Shown here piece after piece: positions 9,074 through 19,478 of a stretch of DNA of 56,642 nt (the stretch's first letter is position 1; every line of letters begins with the position of its first letter). The notes beneath the pieces were generated by a model, which had not been told where the DNA came from, made no database searches, and was given only the letters and a program-made list of their open reading frames with translations. This DNA is from a virus (lineage: Duplodnaviria > Heunggongvirae > Uroviricota > Caudoviricetes): positions 1 to 56,642 of the IMG/VR virus record IMGVR_UViG_2917461297_000001; one strand, given 5' to 3'. Position numbers and translations under genes: made by a program.

Positions 9074-12000
9074 TTATTTAGAATCTGTCATAGTCATGCG
9101 TGTAATTCGAAAGCCACCATATTGTGCATTATAGGTTCCTTGAGACAAACCAGCTTGTAACTCAAAGTAACCGGTTGAGTTATCAGGCTTTTTGCCGAGT
9201 TTCTTTTCTAAATCAATTGTGATTCGTGGGAACACATATCTTTTAGAAGATATCTTTTCTTCATGCAATGTATCGCCACCAGTCTCAGTTCTCCATCTTA
9301 AATGAAGCATTATATCATCATCTGAAGTATAACAAGAGAGGTGGACAACCAAATATCTCTTATTGTATTCATACGTATAGCGGTTTACTCGAGCCCATGA
9401 TTTCCCACTACTTTCGATGAGCTGCTTATATTTCCTACCTAGACTGTATGTACCCCAATCTAAGCCATACAATCCGTCTGCTCCAGTGCTGACATGTGGT
9501 TTATGATTATATCGTGTGTCTGAAATACTATAAATCGCATTGGAAGAGTAGAATTGTGGCTCATACGCTTGCACATTATTAACGTTTGTGTCATAACTGT
9601 TCTGAATTTTTGTCACACCATCTTTAATAACTGTAATTCCGTCTGGTGAAATACTAACGCTATCTTCTTTAGAATTTTTAGAAATCTTAATTGTATCTCC
9701 AGAAATCTCAACATTACCTTCAGTATTCTTAATAACAGTTAAGTCAGTATTGATATTTAAATTTTTTGAAATTAAATCAATACTGCTAGGTGATAAAGCA
9801 ATCTTTGAAGCAAGCCCAGATGGGTCGAATAAATCAGATGGTGATAATGTCCATTTCATTGCTTCATTACCTTTCTCTAACATTGGTAATCCATAGTAGA
9901 AGAACAAGTCAGAATCAGGAGAATTGTTTACACCTTCGTATCTTAATAATGCACGCATAAACTTTGTTTTACCATTAGGTGAAGTTGCCGGAATAACACC
10001 TGTAGTCTGTACTCTAAACCACTTGTCAGGAACGATTTCACTTGGCTGAACAGCTATTCTTGTAAAATTTGGATTACTACTTTGACTAATATTTTCGTAT
10101 GTCGCTAACTCAATATATGGTGTGCCATTCATCAATTCCTTTGCTCTTGACGGTACATATAAGTAAGCCGAGAATGTTAATTCATCACCAACTGAGTATT
10201 CTAAGTTGTCGCCAACTGGTAACATAGGGGTAGCGAGTGCGTCCCATTTATTATTATTTGTGTATGTCAGCTTAGTGACTCGATGTGATTTGCCAGCTTC
10301 ATAAGGTAGTGGTTGATTTCCTTTGACTAACGTTGCTCTTGACACAGACATGCTGGCTGTATTATTTGTACTATGTTGTTGCCCCACATAGAATAACATT
10401 GATGTACTAGCTGCTGTGGCTCTAATATTTAATGTGATTCTCTTTTGCCCCGAAATATTTACTGTATAGCTTTGTGATTCAGGAAAGTGGGGGATTACAG
10501 AAATAACTGAAATATTTGCATCATTCTCAGTTTCGAACTGCAATGTATATGTAGAACCAACTTCTAACGGCTCTGTCAATTTCATTTCGACACGTTTATA
10601 ATTGTTCGAACCAACAACAGTGTTATTAAAACCATTGTTTAATAATAAGTTGTTGTTAGAGTTAATACTCATTTCATCTAACTCAGGAAAACTAAAGTTT
10701 GGGTTTGTGCTAGTGTCTGACCAATAAGCATTAGGAACAGCGAAATCAGTGTTACTTAACATATTTCTAAGTTCAGATTTTTCTTTAAGCTCTTTAACTT
10801 CAATATTAATACTATCTGCTGCTTGCTCAATCTTAGAATTAACTTTTTGAATATTAGTTTCTGTCCCTAAGTATTTTGTATAAATTACATCGATTGTAGT
10901 AACGCTACTATAGTTACCATAAGTGTTAATAGCTGGTATACTATTATTCTTTAACTCAAATTTAGGGTGGATACCAGTAGTACCTTTCTCATCTAGAATG
11001 GTTAATTCGAATCCTCTGCCGACACCTTTACTTGTGAAAATTGCTGTCGCTGATGTAGCAGTAGAATTATTTCTAGTCCTAGCAGTTACCTCATAAGAAT
11101 ATTTATCTTCGAAAGTACTACCTAAGTGTTCAATTAACGTTTCTGCATTGTTGCGTGTAATTTGATAAGATTGCTCATAAGATGCTACTTTTTCTAATTG
11201 TGTGTTAAGCTCTGTTCGTGAGACAGAAGAAGTGATTCTTTCTTTGTTTTGCTCAATAAACGATGTATTGTTTTGAATTTTAGTTTCAACTTCGCTTAAA
11301 GCACTCTCGAAGTCTTCAGGAGAAGGTGTCCAATCTAATTCTTTATTACCTTTATATAAAGATATTTTTCCTACTGTCTGACTATTTGAGTTAGAAAGAA
11401 TAACAATGTAAATGTTCTGATAGTTTTTAGTATTAAACTTAATTGTCTTATTGTTACTATAAGCAACAATTGTGTTTGAACCTTTATTGTAAAACACGCC
11501 AACAGTAACATTATCGCTATTCTCATGCACCTTAAAAACATAGTCTGTGTTTGGTTCAAGAGACAAGTTGTAATCATCGTATAAGCGGATACCAAGGCGT
11601 TGTCCATTAATCATCGAAATAGTGTATTTACCAGTGACACTTACTCCGTTAGACTTATAATAAATTTGACTATTAGTTTGGTAACTTGGTAATAGATTGC
11701 GATTACCAATCTGAATTCCGTCAATCTTACCTTCAATTTGAGGTAAGTATGTAGTTCGCCATTCTGAACCAGACACTCGTGAAGCAATTCTTTCACTTTC
11801 AACTGAGAACTCACTTGATTTCCATTGGTCAAATCTATCTTGGACTTTCTTAGCTTCAGACTCAGCAGCTTTAAATATCATTGCATCGATAGCTTCATTG
11901 ATAATCTTCTCATAATCATTTAAAGAATTATTATATGAGGTAAATAGTCTTTCAACACTTGCTGACTCTACCTCAGTAATTTTGTTGTCTGCGATTGCAT

Positions 12001-15000
12001 TAGAAACAGCTTCTGATAACTGGTTTAAATTATCAGTTAATGTCTGTAATGAGTTCGTTACTCTATTTTTATACTCAAGAGGTAAGTTCTTAGAATTTTT
12101 AACTGTTTCGCCTTGTTTAGTAATTCGAGTTCTTTCTATTGGAATAATGCGCATTAAAGACTTTAGCGACGCTTTTTCTTCAGCTGAAATTATTTTATCT
12201 TCAAATGATGAAACAACTTCTCTTTGTAAACGCTCAGAGGAAGATTTTAAATCTCTTAAATCACCGTTTACTGATTCTTTGAAGCTATTTAATTCACTAA
12301 TAGCTCTATTTGCAGTTGTATCATCTGTATACTTAGACGCTTTCACCCAGTCGTTTGGGTTATAAAGTTGTCCTTGTAATTTTTTACCGATAGATACTAA
12401 AATATCTCCAGCTTGACCTTGAGTCCATAAGTCTCCAGAGTCATAAGGTGGGGTAGGTTCACTTATAAATACACGTCTTTTACCATCAGCAACATCTAAA
12501 GCGTTCTTTGAGTTGTTTAACGCTTCAGTAATAACTTGGTCTTCAATAGCTTTCCAAGAATAGTTACCGCCTTCTTTAACGAATCTGTATGCAACACCAG
12601 ACTTAGTATTTAAGAAGAAGTCTCCAACATGAGCTTCTTTTAATGTGTTTGTGTTCCAATCCTTTGCGGGTACGTTTGTTAGAGTAGGAGCATATGGGTA
12701 ATAGAACGTTTCTATCGCACCATCAACTTGTTTTTGTAAACTATCAATTTCTTCATTGACTTGTTGAACCACTGCATTAAATTTTTCTAACTGTGTAGCT
12801 GCTACGTCACTTGCAATATTAACTGACATCTTGTTTAATGCGTCTGTAATTGCTGCTGAGTATTCACTTAACTTAGTTGAATATGTTCTTAACAACTCAT
12901 CAACTTGATTTTTTTCTTCTTGTGTGACTTTGGAGTCCTCAATAACAGAAGTTAATAATCTACGTAAATTAGTATGGGTAGCAACATAAGGGGAGCGTTT
13001 AGCTGAAACTAAATCACGTATATTCTGATTGATATATTTGCTAGCTAACAATATTTTGTATTGCTCCTCAACATCAGTAAACTCTCTGTCTAACATGTCT
13101 AAATGTACTTGAATTCTAATTTTTTCTTGCGCAGTGATAATACCGTCTTTAAAGGAATCTCCTAACAACGATTCAAACTCTGTAATGTTTTGTTTTATAT
13201 CCCTCAGGTCATTATCAATCTCTTCTTTAAGACTATCAAATTTACCTTGTAGTCTACCTTCTGCATCTTTTGAATATTTATCTGAGATAGCTAAAATTGC
13301 TTTAGAATATTCATCTTCAAAAGTAGCGATAGAAGTTTTGTAGTTCTCATATTTTTCTTTATAATTCGATTTCTCTTGCTCATCTGAGCGACCATCTTCA
13401 ATCATTGACTGTACATAGTTTACAAACTCTTCATGATTCTGTTGTAAAGTCGAATAAGAAGCGTCTAAAGTCGATTTCAACTCAGTCGGTAATTTTTCAT
13501 TATTAGATACTGTATTGTGTCGATTTGTAATATCTTCGAGTTCACTAACAACAATTAATAACATCGTTTTGATATTTTCGATTTCAATACTATCAAAAAT
13601 ATTATCTGAGAAAGCACCCTTAATGTATTCGTCAGCATCATTGATTGACTTGCTTAAATCCTTTAGCTCATCTTTAATATCTAATGAAATCTTATCTGCA
13701 TAATCATGTGACTCATTAATTACTTGATTAAGTTGATTGTTCAGGTTACGTTCCATGATTTCTTGAAGAATAACAAGAATATCTTTTACTTCTTCACGAT
13801 ATTGAATTAATGAATCATTTACTGATTTTGATTCTTGGGGAGTAATCTTAGAGTCACTAATTGATTCATTAATGTTTGTCACTAAAGATTCATAAATACC
13901 GTTATATACCGCAATTGCTTCGTCTAATTTAATAATATCTTCACTTAGAATGTAAGGGTGATTATACGCTTGTTCAACTTGTTGCTTAAACTCACTGTTC
14001 TCTTTCTCAAGTGTTGTTAAAGTATCTTTAATTAAACGTTTTTCCACATCTGTAATAATACCGTCAGCAAAAGTTTCTTTAATAATATCGCTAGTTTCAT
14101 TGACAATACCTTCAACGTCAATAGCTTCACTAATAGCAACATTCAATTTTCTGTCGAACTCATCACGAATTAAATCATTTTTAACTTTACTTTCTTCAGC
14201 AATCTCTTTCTTGAGTTTATCGAAATAATCTTCACCTTCTGAAGATGTCAAATGGAATGATGATTTATCAATAGTTAATCCATCTTTATCGAATCTAAAG
14301 CTGCCAGACTCATTTTCCATTGTTAATGACTCCCCGACAATCATTTTACCAATGAGCATCTCTGCGTTTACGCCATCAGGTGTAATACCAGTTTTAAAAG
14401 TTTCACCGTTATCTTTAGTCATAGCGATTACGCCACCAACCATAATGACGAATTCACTAGGATTTTCGTTAGAAATAACTTTGACGCCGTGTGAACCAAT
14501 GTCAACTGTTTCGTTGCCCGCAAGTACACGTTTCTTATTAGCGTCCCACTCAGCTTCAATTAATTGAGACATTCTAGTTAATTTTCCTTTTTGTTCACGA
14601 ATTTGTTCTTTATGGAAATTAACTTGTGCCGCACTAGATGCTGTTGAAGCGATTAATTCTGATACAACTTCCGCACTATTTTTATAATCAATTACATCAC
14701 TTACAGTAAGAGTTACATTATTCTCATCAAAGTTGATTTGAATATCAGTGATATATGCCTTAAGTTTCTCGTCAAATGCTTTATTAGAGAAAGTGATAAT
14801 GTCACCAGCTACTAATTTATCCCAACTGTGTTTATCTTCTAAAGACTGAATAAAGTTTACAACACTAATGTTCAATGTTCTATTTAATATTTTTTGCTTC
14901 TTCATTTGTTTGATAGCGTCATCGTATAACTCTTTAGCTTCTGTATGATTTTCTTCTGTCCATATAGCGCCATACACAAATTGTTCTCGCTCTTTATACA

Positions 15001-16486
15001 ATTCTGGTGAAAGAAAACGCTTAGGATTCATTGACTCAATCAATGATTTCTTTTCGTCTTCATAGTTTTTCATACGTCGCTCAATAGTAGCAACTACTCT
15101 TGACTGGTCGTCAACTAACTTTTTGTACTTCTCATAGTTGTATTTTCTTTCTAATTTTTCTCCTTCTAAATCCTCATAATCGTTTTTAGAAGAACGTGTT
15201 AATACAACTCTGTATTCTGGTCTAGTACTTAATGTTTCAATCGTATATTTTAATTTATCTTTATACTTTAAAGCGTCTTGAAAATCACCGGCGTCAATCT
15301 TGAGGTATAACCAATCGTTAGTTGGAACATCATAGACTTGACCTTGGAATCTGATACGTGATAGGTGACCTAAGTTTTGAATCATCAACACATAATATGA
15401 TGATTTCTCAACGATAATATCAAAACTACTAGACTTGATACCTAAATCAATGTATTCAGATTTAGGAGTCAACAACTCTTTGCGTTCTCTCAATCGTTCA
15501 AATGTAGCTGCTAATTGATTTAATTTAAATTTTTCATTAGAATGGTCAGCTAAAATATCAGTGTATCGTTTACTGAATGCTTCAGCTTCTTCTTTTTTAG
15601 AATCATAATATTCTTTATAATCCAATAGGGCGTGAGCTAACTCATCTGACATATAATCACTATGCTTAATAACATTTCGTTCTACATCTCTTTTGAAAGG
15701 GTGGAGGAAATAAGAGAAGTCTTCGATATAATCAGTTCCGGCAGGATTAACACTTTGAATTGTCAAACCGTTATTGCCAAACGGATATAGTCTTGTTATG
15801 ATGTCTTTTGAAACAAATGAATCTTCAAATGATTTTAAATAACTATTTTCTCTTATTCTTAGACCACGATTCACACCTACGTTTTCTTTATGATAGAACG
15901 ATATTTCACGGTTGTTGTTGTCAAATACAGCCACCGAATCAAATAATCCATTAAGTTGCTCAATCAATCCCATAACGGTTGTAGTTTGAGCTGTTAATTC
16001 TCTCTTTACATCATTTAATTTACTGTCAATTGATTTAACAGACCATAAAGGGGCATATGTTTTTAACACTTCATTCATCGAATTTTCTAAAGTAGAACCT
16101 AATAATTCAACCTCGTTTGCCGATTTTTTAGATAATTCGTTGCAAAGTGAGTCGGCTGTTACTTCAATTGAATCAGATTCGGTAGAAACTTTCTTGATGT
16201 CATCAATTACAAATGTATCTTTAAAACCATTATATTGATATTCAATTAGATATTTGTTCTTGATTAAATCAAAAATAGGATTCTTTTTCTCTTCATGTTC
16301 TAATTCATCGAACACTACCGGTGCGATTTGAAAACTGATTTGGTTAATATTCGTGTGTTTAAACGTTCCTTGTAATTTGGTGAAGCCTGTAATACGTTCT
16401 ATTCGTGTATAGTCTGGTTTTAACAACCATAATTTTGGCTTTGGTCTATCTTCAAAATCAAAAGTAAAATGTTTATTTAAAGCCAT
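9074..16486 (-). CDS. Tal-like tail protein (prophage endopeptidase-type hub) with long helical repeats and CBM-like modules
   Basis: N-terminal IITRLYPFGNNGL motif of prophage tail endopeptidase-type proteins; repeated D.IIT..EK helices; GNRNLL/RNMLSN CBM openers; GGAGGG RBS supports ATG 16486 (MALNK) rather than 16513. Confidence 0.85.
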   Translation of the reverse strand: MALNKHFTFDFEDRPKPKLWLLKPDYTRIERITGFTKLQGTFKHTNINQISFQIAPVVFDELEHEEKKNPIFDLIKNKYLIEYQYNGFKDTFVIDDIKKVSTESDSIEVTADSLCNELSKKSANEVELLGSTLENSMNEVLKTYAPLWSVKSIDSKLNDVKRELTAQTTTVMGLIEQLNGLFDSVAVFDNNNREISFYHKENVGVNRGLRIRENSYLKSFEDSFVSKDIITRLYPFGNNGLTIQSVNPAGTDYIEDFSYFLHPFKRDVERNVIKHSDYMSDELAHALLDYKEYYDSKKEEAEAFSKRYTDILADHSNEKFKLNQLAATFERLRERKELLTPKSEYIDLGIKSSSFDIIVEKSSYYVLMIQNLGHLSRIRFQGQVYDVPTNDWLYLKIDAGDFQDALKYKDKLKYTIETLSTRPEYRVVLTRSSKNDYEDLEGEKLERKYNYEKYKKLVDDQSRVVATIERRMKNYEDEKKSLIESMNPKRFLSPELYKEREQFVYGAIWTEENHTEAKELYDDAIKQMKKQKILNRTLNISVVNFIQSLEDKHSWDKLVAGDIITFSNKAFDEKLKAYITDIQINFDENNVTLTVSDVIDYKNSAEVVSELIASTASSAAQVNFHKEQIREQKGKLTRMSQLIEAEWDANKKRVLAGNETVDIGSHGVKVISNENPSEFVIMVGGVIAMTKDNGETFKTGITPDGVNAEMLIGKMIVGESLTMENESGSFRFDKDGLTIDKSSFHLTSSEGEDYFDKLKKEIAEESKVKNDLIRDEFDRKLNVAISEAIDVEGIVNETSDIIKETFADGIITDVEKRLIKDTLTTLEKENSEFKQQVEQAYNHPYILSEDIIKLDEAIAVYNGIYESLVTNINESISDSKITPQESKSVNDSLIQYREEVKDILVILQEIMERNLNNQLNQVINESHDYADKISLDIKDELKDLSKSINDADEYIKGAFSDNIFDSIEIENIKTMLLIVVSELEDITNRHNTVSNNEKLPTELKSTLDASYSTLQQNHEEFVNYVQSMIEDGRSDEQEKSNYKEKYENYKTSIATFEDEYSKAILAISDKYSKDAEGRLQGKFDSLKEEIDNDLRDIKQNITEFESLLGDSFKDGIITAQEKIRIQVHLDMLDREFTDVEEQYKILLASKYINQNIRDLVSAKRSPYVATHTNLRRLLTSVIEDSKVTQEEKNQVDELLRTYSTKLSEYSAAITDALNKMSVNIASDVAATQLEKFNAVVQQVNEEIDSLQKQVDGAIETFYYPYAPTLTNVPAKDWNTNTLKEAHVGDFFLNTKSGVAYRFVKEGGNYSWKAIEDQVITEALNNSKNALDVADGKRRVFISEPTPPYDSGDLWTQGQAGDILVSIGKKLQGQLYNPNDWVKASKYTDDTTANRAISELNSFKESVNGDLRDLKSSSERLQREVVSSFEDKIISAEEKASLKSLMRIIPIERTRITKQGETVKNSKNLPLEYKNRVTNSLQTLTDNLNQLSEAVSNAIADNKITEVESASVERLFTSYNNSLNDYEKIINEAIDAMIFKAAESEAKKVQDRFDQWKSSEFSVESERIASRVSGSEWRTTYLPQIEGKIDGIQIGNRNLLPSYQTNSQIYYKSNGVSVTGKYTISMINGQRLGIRLYDDYNLSLEPNTDYVFKVHENSDNVTVGVFYNKGSNTIVAYSNNKTIKFNTKNYQNIYIVILSNSNSQTVGKISLYKGNKELDWTPSPEDFESALSEVETKIQNNTSFIEQNKERITSSVSRTELNTQLEKVASYEQSYQITRNNAETLIEHLGSTFEDKYSYEVTARTRNNSTATSATAIFTSKGVGRGFELTILDEKGTTGIHPKFELKNNSIPAINTYGNYSSVTTIDVIYTKYLGTETNIQKVNSKIEQAADSINIEVKELKEKSELRNMLSNTDFAVPNAYWSDTSTNPNFSFPELDEMSINSNNNLLLNNGFNNTVVGSNNYKRVEMKLTEPLEVGSTYTLQFETENDANISVISVIPHFPESQSYTVNISGQKRITLNIRATAASTSMLFYVGQQHSTNNTASMSVSRATLVKGNQPLPYEAGKSHRVTKLTYTNNNKWDALATPMLPVGDNLEYSVGDELTFSAYLYVPSRAKELMNGTPYIELATYENISQSSNPNFTRIAVQPSEIVPDKWFRVQTTGVIPATSPNGKTKFMRALLRYEGVNNSPDSDLFFYYGLPMLEKGNEAMKWTLSPSDLFDPSGLASKIALSPSSIDLISKNLNINTDLTVIKNTEGNVEISGDTIKISKNSKEDSVSISPDGITVIKDGVTKIQNSYDTNVNNVQAYEPQFYSSNAIYSISDTRYNHKPHVSTGADGLYGLDWGTYSLGRKYKQLIESSGKSWARVNRYTYEYNKRYLVVHLSCYTSDDDIMLHLRWRTETGGDTLHEEKISSKRYVFPRITIDLEKKLGKKPDNSTGYFELQAGLSQGTYNAQYGGFRITRMTMTDSK

Positions 16487-16511
16487 TTGTTTCCCTCCAA
16501 TTATTTTGTGC

Positions 16512-16546
16512 AAAAATAAAAAGCCACGACTATAAATGCCATGGCT
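16512..16546 (-). terminator. Terminator closing the nucleotidyltransferase cassette
   Basis: Minus strand AGCCATGGC-ATTTATA-GTCGTGGCT-TTTTATTTTT. Confidence 0.75.
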
Positions 16547-16555
16547 AATTAAAAG

Positions 16556-17158
16556 TTATTTGATTGTGCTTTTTATGTTTTCGACCATTAAGTTAAATTC
16601 TGATAACGCTTCTTTGTCGACTTTTAATTCACGTTTTATGTAGTCGAAATCTAAAGAACTGAAATAATTAGTTGTCAATATAGCGCAATATCTAAGATTG
16701 TCAGCGTATTTGAAATCAAGCATTCTATCAATAATTATATCTTCAGGGCTTATTACATAAAAATATGTCCCGTTCTCCACATCTAATTTTCTTAGTTTCT
16801 CATAAGACTCAACGCTTTCTAAAACATTGCCGACAATGTCGCAAGCAATACCTAACTCTTTATATTCATAAATTCTAGACTCTCTTACGAAACCTAATTC
16901 AAGCAAAATATTATTTAATTCATAACTAGCTGATGTAATAAAATCAATATCATTAGTTGTGTACTTACTAGAAGTATACAACTCCATAGAAAGACCACCC
17001 ACCACAATTGGTTTATTAATTTTCTTAGGGTGGTCATCTAATTTGTCCATTAATGTAGTGATTATCGCAGCTGTCTTATACATTCTAATTGCTAAGGTTT
17101 CATCGGGATTAATGTTACTTAGTTGTTGTTTTGCGTCTTGAATTAAACTCTTTCTCAA
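16556..17158 (-). CDS. Pol-beta-superfamily nucleotidyltransferase (DUF6036/AbiEii/MenT-like), putative toxin or defence effector
   Basis: PIVVGGLSM...YTTNDIDFI (GG + DxD catalytic motif) and ISPEDIIIDR motif; TTG start overlapping the upstream small gene. Confidence 0.8.
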   Translation of the reverse strand: MRKSLIQDAKQQLSNINPDETLAIRMYKTAAIITTLMDKLDDHPKKINKPIVVGGLSMELYTSSKYTTNDIDFITSASYELNNILLELGFVRESRIYEYKELGIACDIVGNVLESVESYEKLRKLDVENGTYFYVISPEDIIIDRMLDFKYADNLRYCAILTTNYFSSLDFDYIKRELKVDKEALSEFNLMVENIKSTIK

Positions 17159-17321
17159 GTTGCTTCAACACCTTTGCTTTGTCCGGATTGCGTCGAGGTC
17201 TGTCGAACTTTCTATCACCATAATTAAATTGTGAGTCATATGAGTTTCTCACAACACTAAGTGCTAGCTCTTTATTCTCTTGTGCTTTGTTTAAGCACTC
17301 ACTTAAAGTCATAGTTTGCAT
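17115..17321 (-). CDS. 68-aa basic protein, putative antitoxin/partner of the nucleotidyltransferase
   Basis: GAGGTG RBS 6 nt before ATG 17321; overlaps the downstream gene by 44 nt. Confidence 0.65.
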   Translation of the reverse strand: MQTMTLSECLNKAQENKELALSVVRNSYDSQFNYGDRKFDRPRRNPDKAKVLKQLEKEFNSRRKTTTK

Positions 17322-17353
17322 GACGCTCACCTCTTTATGATTATTACAGCTTA

Positions 17354-17382
17354 ATTATAGTCAAAATAAGATGATATTACAA
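17354..17382 (-). promoter_or_regulatory. SigA-type promoter of the two-gene moron
   Basis: Minus strand TTGTAA (17382-17377), 17 bp, TATAAT (17359-17354). Confidence 0.7.
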
Positions 17383-19461
17383 CAACACAAACTGGTATTT
17401 AATCTTTAAGCGATAGTTTCCACTGAACTCAATATCGTTATACCCACGTCTAAGCCTAACAAACACATCATCATGTGAGTTATACTTATAGTACGGAGCA
17501 GGGCGAGATGAATAAATTTGTTCAGCTGAGCCAATCATTTTAATCTTTTCACCTTTGATGTTGTCAGTGATAATTGTTTTCTCACCAGTATCAATGTTTT
17601 TAATCATAATGTCTGAACCGTCTACTGATTCAAATTCAAAAGTAGGGTAGACAGGCTTATCACCATAATTAAAAATAGTAACTTTATCTGTTCCAATTTC
17701 GTGTGAGCCGTCAATCAATGTATGATTAATTTCAATATAATTGATAAACTCTTTCATTACTGGGACAATATCCGTCATGATTTGCTTAAATTGTTTGTAA
17801 TGTGGCTGCATATCGTCCCACTGATAGAGTTTCATATTGTCACCTTTGCGTAATTTAGCGATTTCTGAGCCGATTTTTTCTAATAAAATGGTAATTTTAT
17901 TTTTATGTTCTGTAACCTCTAAACCACTGATATTGCTTATTTTAGCAAATGTTTCATCAATATCTTTAGTTAGATTGTCTAAATCACTTTTATGTCCGTC
18001 TAACATTTTCAAATAGTTTTCGTAATTAAAGTAAACTAATTTCTCAATAGGAGTGCCAGAATCAAGTTTTTTCTTGTTTAATGGATTTAATTCCCAAAGG
18101 TCAATATAATCAATGTATCCTTCTGTATCTTTGAAATTCAGTTCAAAGTATGAGTGAAAATCAAAGTAAGGATAAAGATTGTCAATCTCTTCAACCGACA
18201 AATCATTAAATCGTTCGTATTCCTCATCACTTACCATATACACACGAATATAAGTTAATCTTGCATTTTTGTTTTTCTTAGCTTGCTTGATTGTGATTGA
18301 GTTATCTGTTGCTTTACCAATGAATTTAAAAGCGTTAAAGTCGTTATCCTCATTAGTTGAAGTCGTATCACCAATTTGAATTGTTGTGTTTTGACTTGGG
18401 TCATAAGCTATTGCAACATATTTTTTGCCTTCAACAATATTAATAGGGGAGGTTAATACTCCGCCATTCTTGATAACTTGAACTTCTTCTTGTGTGTCTA
18501 ACGTGAAATTACCGGTAGAACCAACTTTAGTCCAACCTTCACCAATACCATCTCTTGAACTGTCAATATCAAACGTTCCGTGGTGTCCTAACAGATTACG
18601 TCTGAATACAAACTCGTGAACGCCTAAGCCATTAATTTCATAGTCTTTTTCATGAATACGAATCTTACCATTATTACCATGTACACGCATGTAGTAGTTA
18701 CGTCCATTAATGCCGTTAAATCTTTTTCTTAAATGCACATTGTTGAGCGTTATCCTCTTGGTTTCATTATCAAAAGTAATGTTAGACTTATCTCCCGACA
18801 CGACTTTCCAACCGTCTGGAATTCTGTCTTTATTCTTGTCAGAAAAAAATTCTTCAACATTTGCATAATTTGTTCTTGCTACATACTGTTTTAAAGATTT
18901 ACCTAAAGAATCAGCTAAGCGACGCACTCTTGAGAATTCGCCGTTATATTCATTAACTAGCTTCTCAGTAGCGCTTGTGGAGAAGTCATATTCTTCTTCT
19001 AATATTTCTGAATATCTTCTTGAGCTATTGGTAGTGAATTCTAAATCCACATAGCCGTCATTGATAACATTATGTGATAACTCAGAAGTACCAGTAACCA
19101 TTGCATAAACAACAATGTGCATATTTGATTCTTCTTCAGTATCGAACTTTAACTCTTTGAATGTGCTTGTATCAATCCAACGTCTTAAAGCCATTAAATT
19201 CTGTTGTGTTAATTTGTGCTCATCAAATAGTAGTCTTATTTTAAATTTTAAAGGCTCTTCGTTGTATCCTAGTAAATATGCCTTATCACTATATCTTGTT
19301 TTTTCAACAATCAAGTTACGGTCGGGAAGGAAAGTTTCCTTCGCCAAACCGCTGTCTGATTGAACATTAATAACATTAAAGTCCCTTGTATGTTGACCAT
19401 TAAAGATGAAGTGAGGAGCATTGCTTAACTCTGTATATTCCATAGAATATAAGTTCCTCAA
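17377..19461 (-). CDS. Distal tail protein (Dit) with large internal insertion, probably carbohydrate-binding modules (evolved Dit)
   Basis: Dit-like N-terminus (HFIFNGQHTRDFNV) and C-terminus (NYGDKPVYP...F..LRRGYNDIEF) flanking about 400 aa with an RNLLG CBM-like segment; follows the tape measure. Confidence 0.8.
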   Translation of the reverse strand: MRNLYSMEYTELSNAPHFIFNGQHTRDFNVINVQSDSGLAKETFLPDRNLIVEKTRYSDKAYLLGYNEEPLKFKIRLLFDEHKLTQQNLMALRRWIDTSTFKELKFDTEEESNMHIVVYAMVTGTSELSHNVINDGYVDLEFTTNSSRRYSEILEEEYDFSTSATEKLVNEYNGEFSRVRRLADSLGKSLKQYVARTNYANVEEFFSDKNKDRIPDGWKVVSGDKSNITFDNETKRITLNNVHLRKRFNGINGRNYYMRVHGNNGKIRIHEKDYEINGLGVHEFVFRRNLLGHHGTFDIDSSRDGIGEGWTKVGSTGNFTLDTQEEVQVIKNGGVLTSPINIVEGKKYVAIAYDPSQNTTIQIGDTTSTNEDNDFNAFKFIGKATDNSITIKQAKKNKNARLTYIRVYMVSDEEYERFNDLSVEEIDNLYPYFDFHSYFELNFKDTEGYIDYIDLWELNPLNKKKLDSGTPIEKLVYFNYENYLKMLDGHKSDLDNLTKDIDETFAKISNISGLEVTEHKNKITILLEKIGSEIAKLRKGDNMKLYQWDDMQPHYKQFKQIMTDIVPVMKEFINYIEINHTLIDGSHEIGTDKVTIFNYGDKPVYPTFEFESVDGSDIMIKNIDTGEKTIITDNIKGEKIKMIGSAEQIYSSRPAPYYKYNSHDDVFVRLRRGYNDIEFSGNYRLKIKYQFVLL

Positions 19462-19478
19462 TTAGATTTCATCTCCTT

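Noticed and set aside
6453-11832. Short minus-strand ORFs in alternative frames within tail genes (6453-6743, 11371-11607, 11641-11832)
   Set aside because: Out-of-frame, nested in long tail genes, no RBS or frameshift signal linking them
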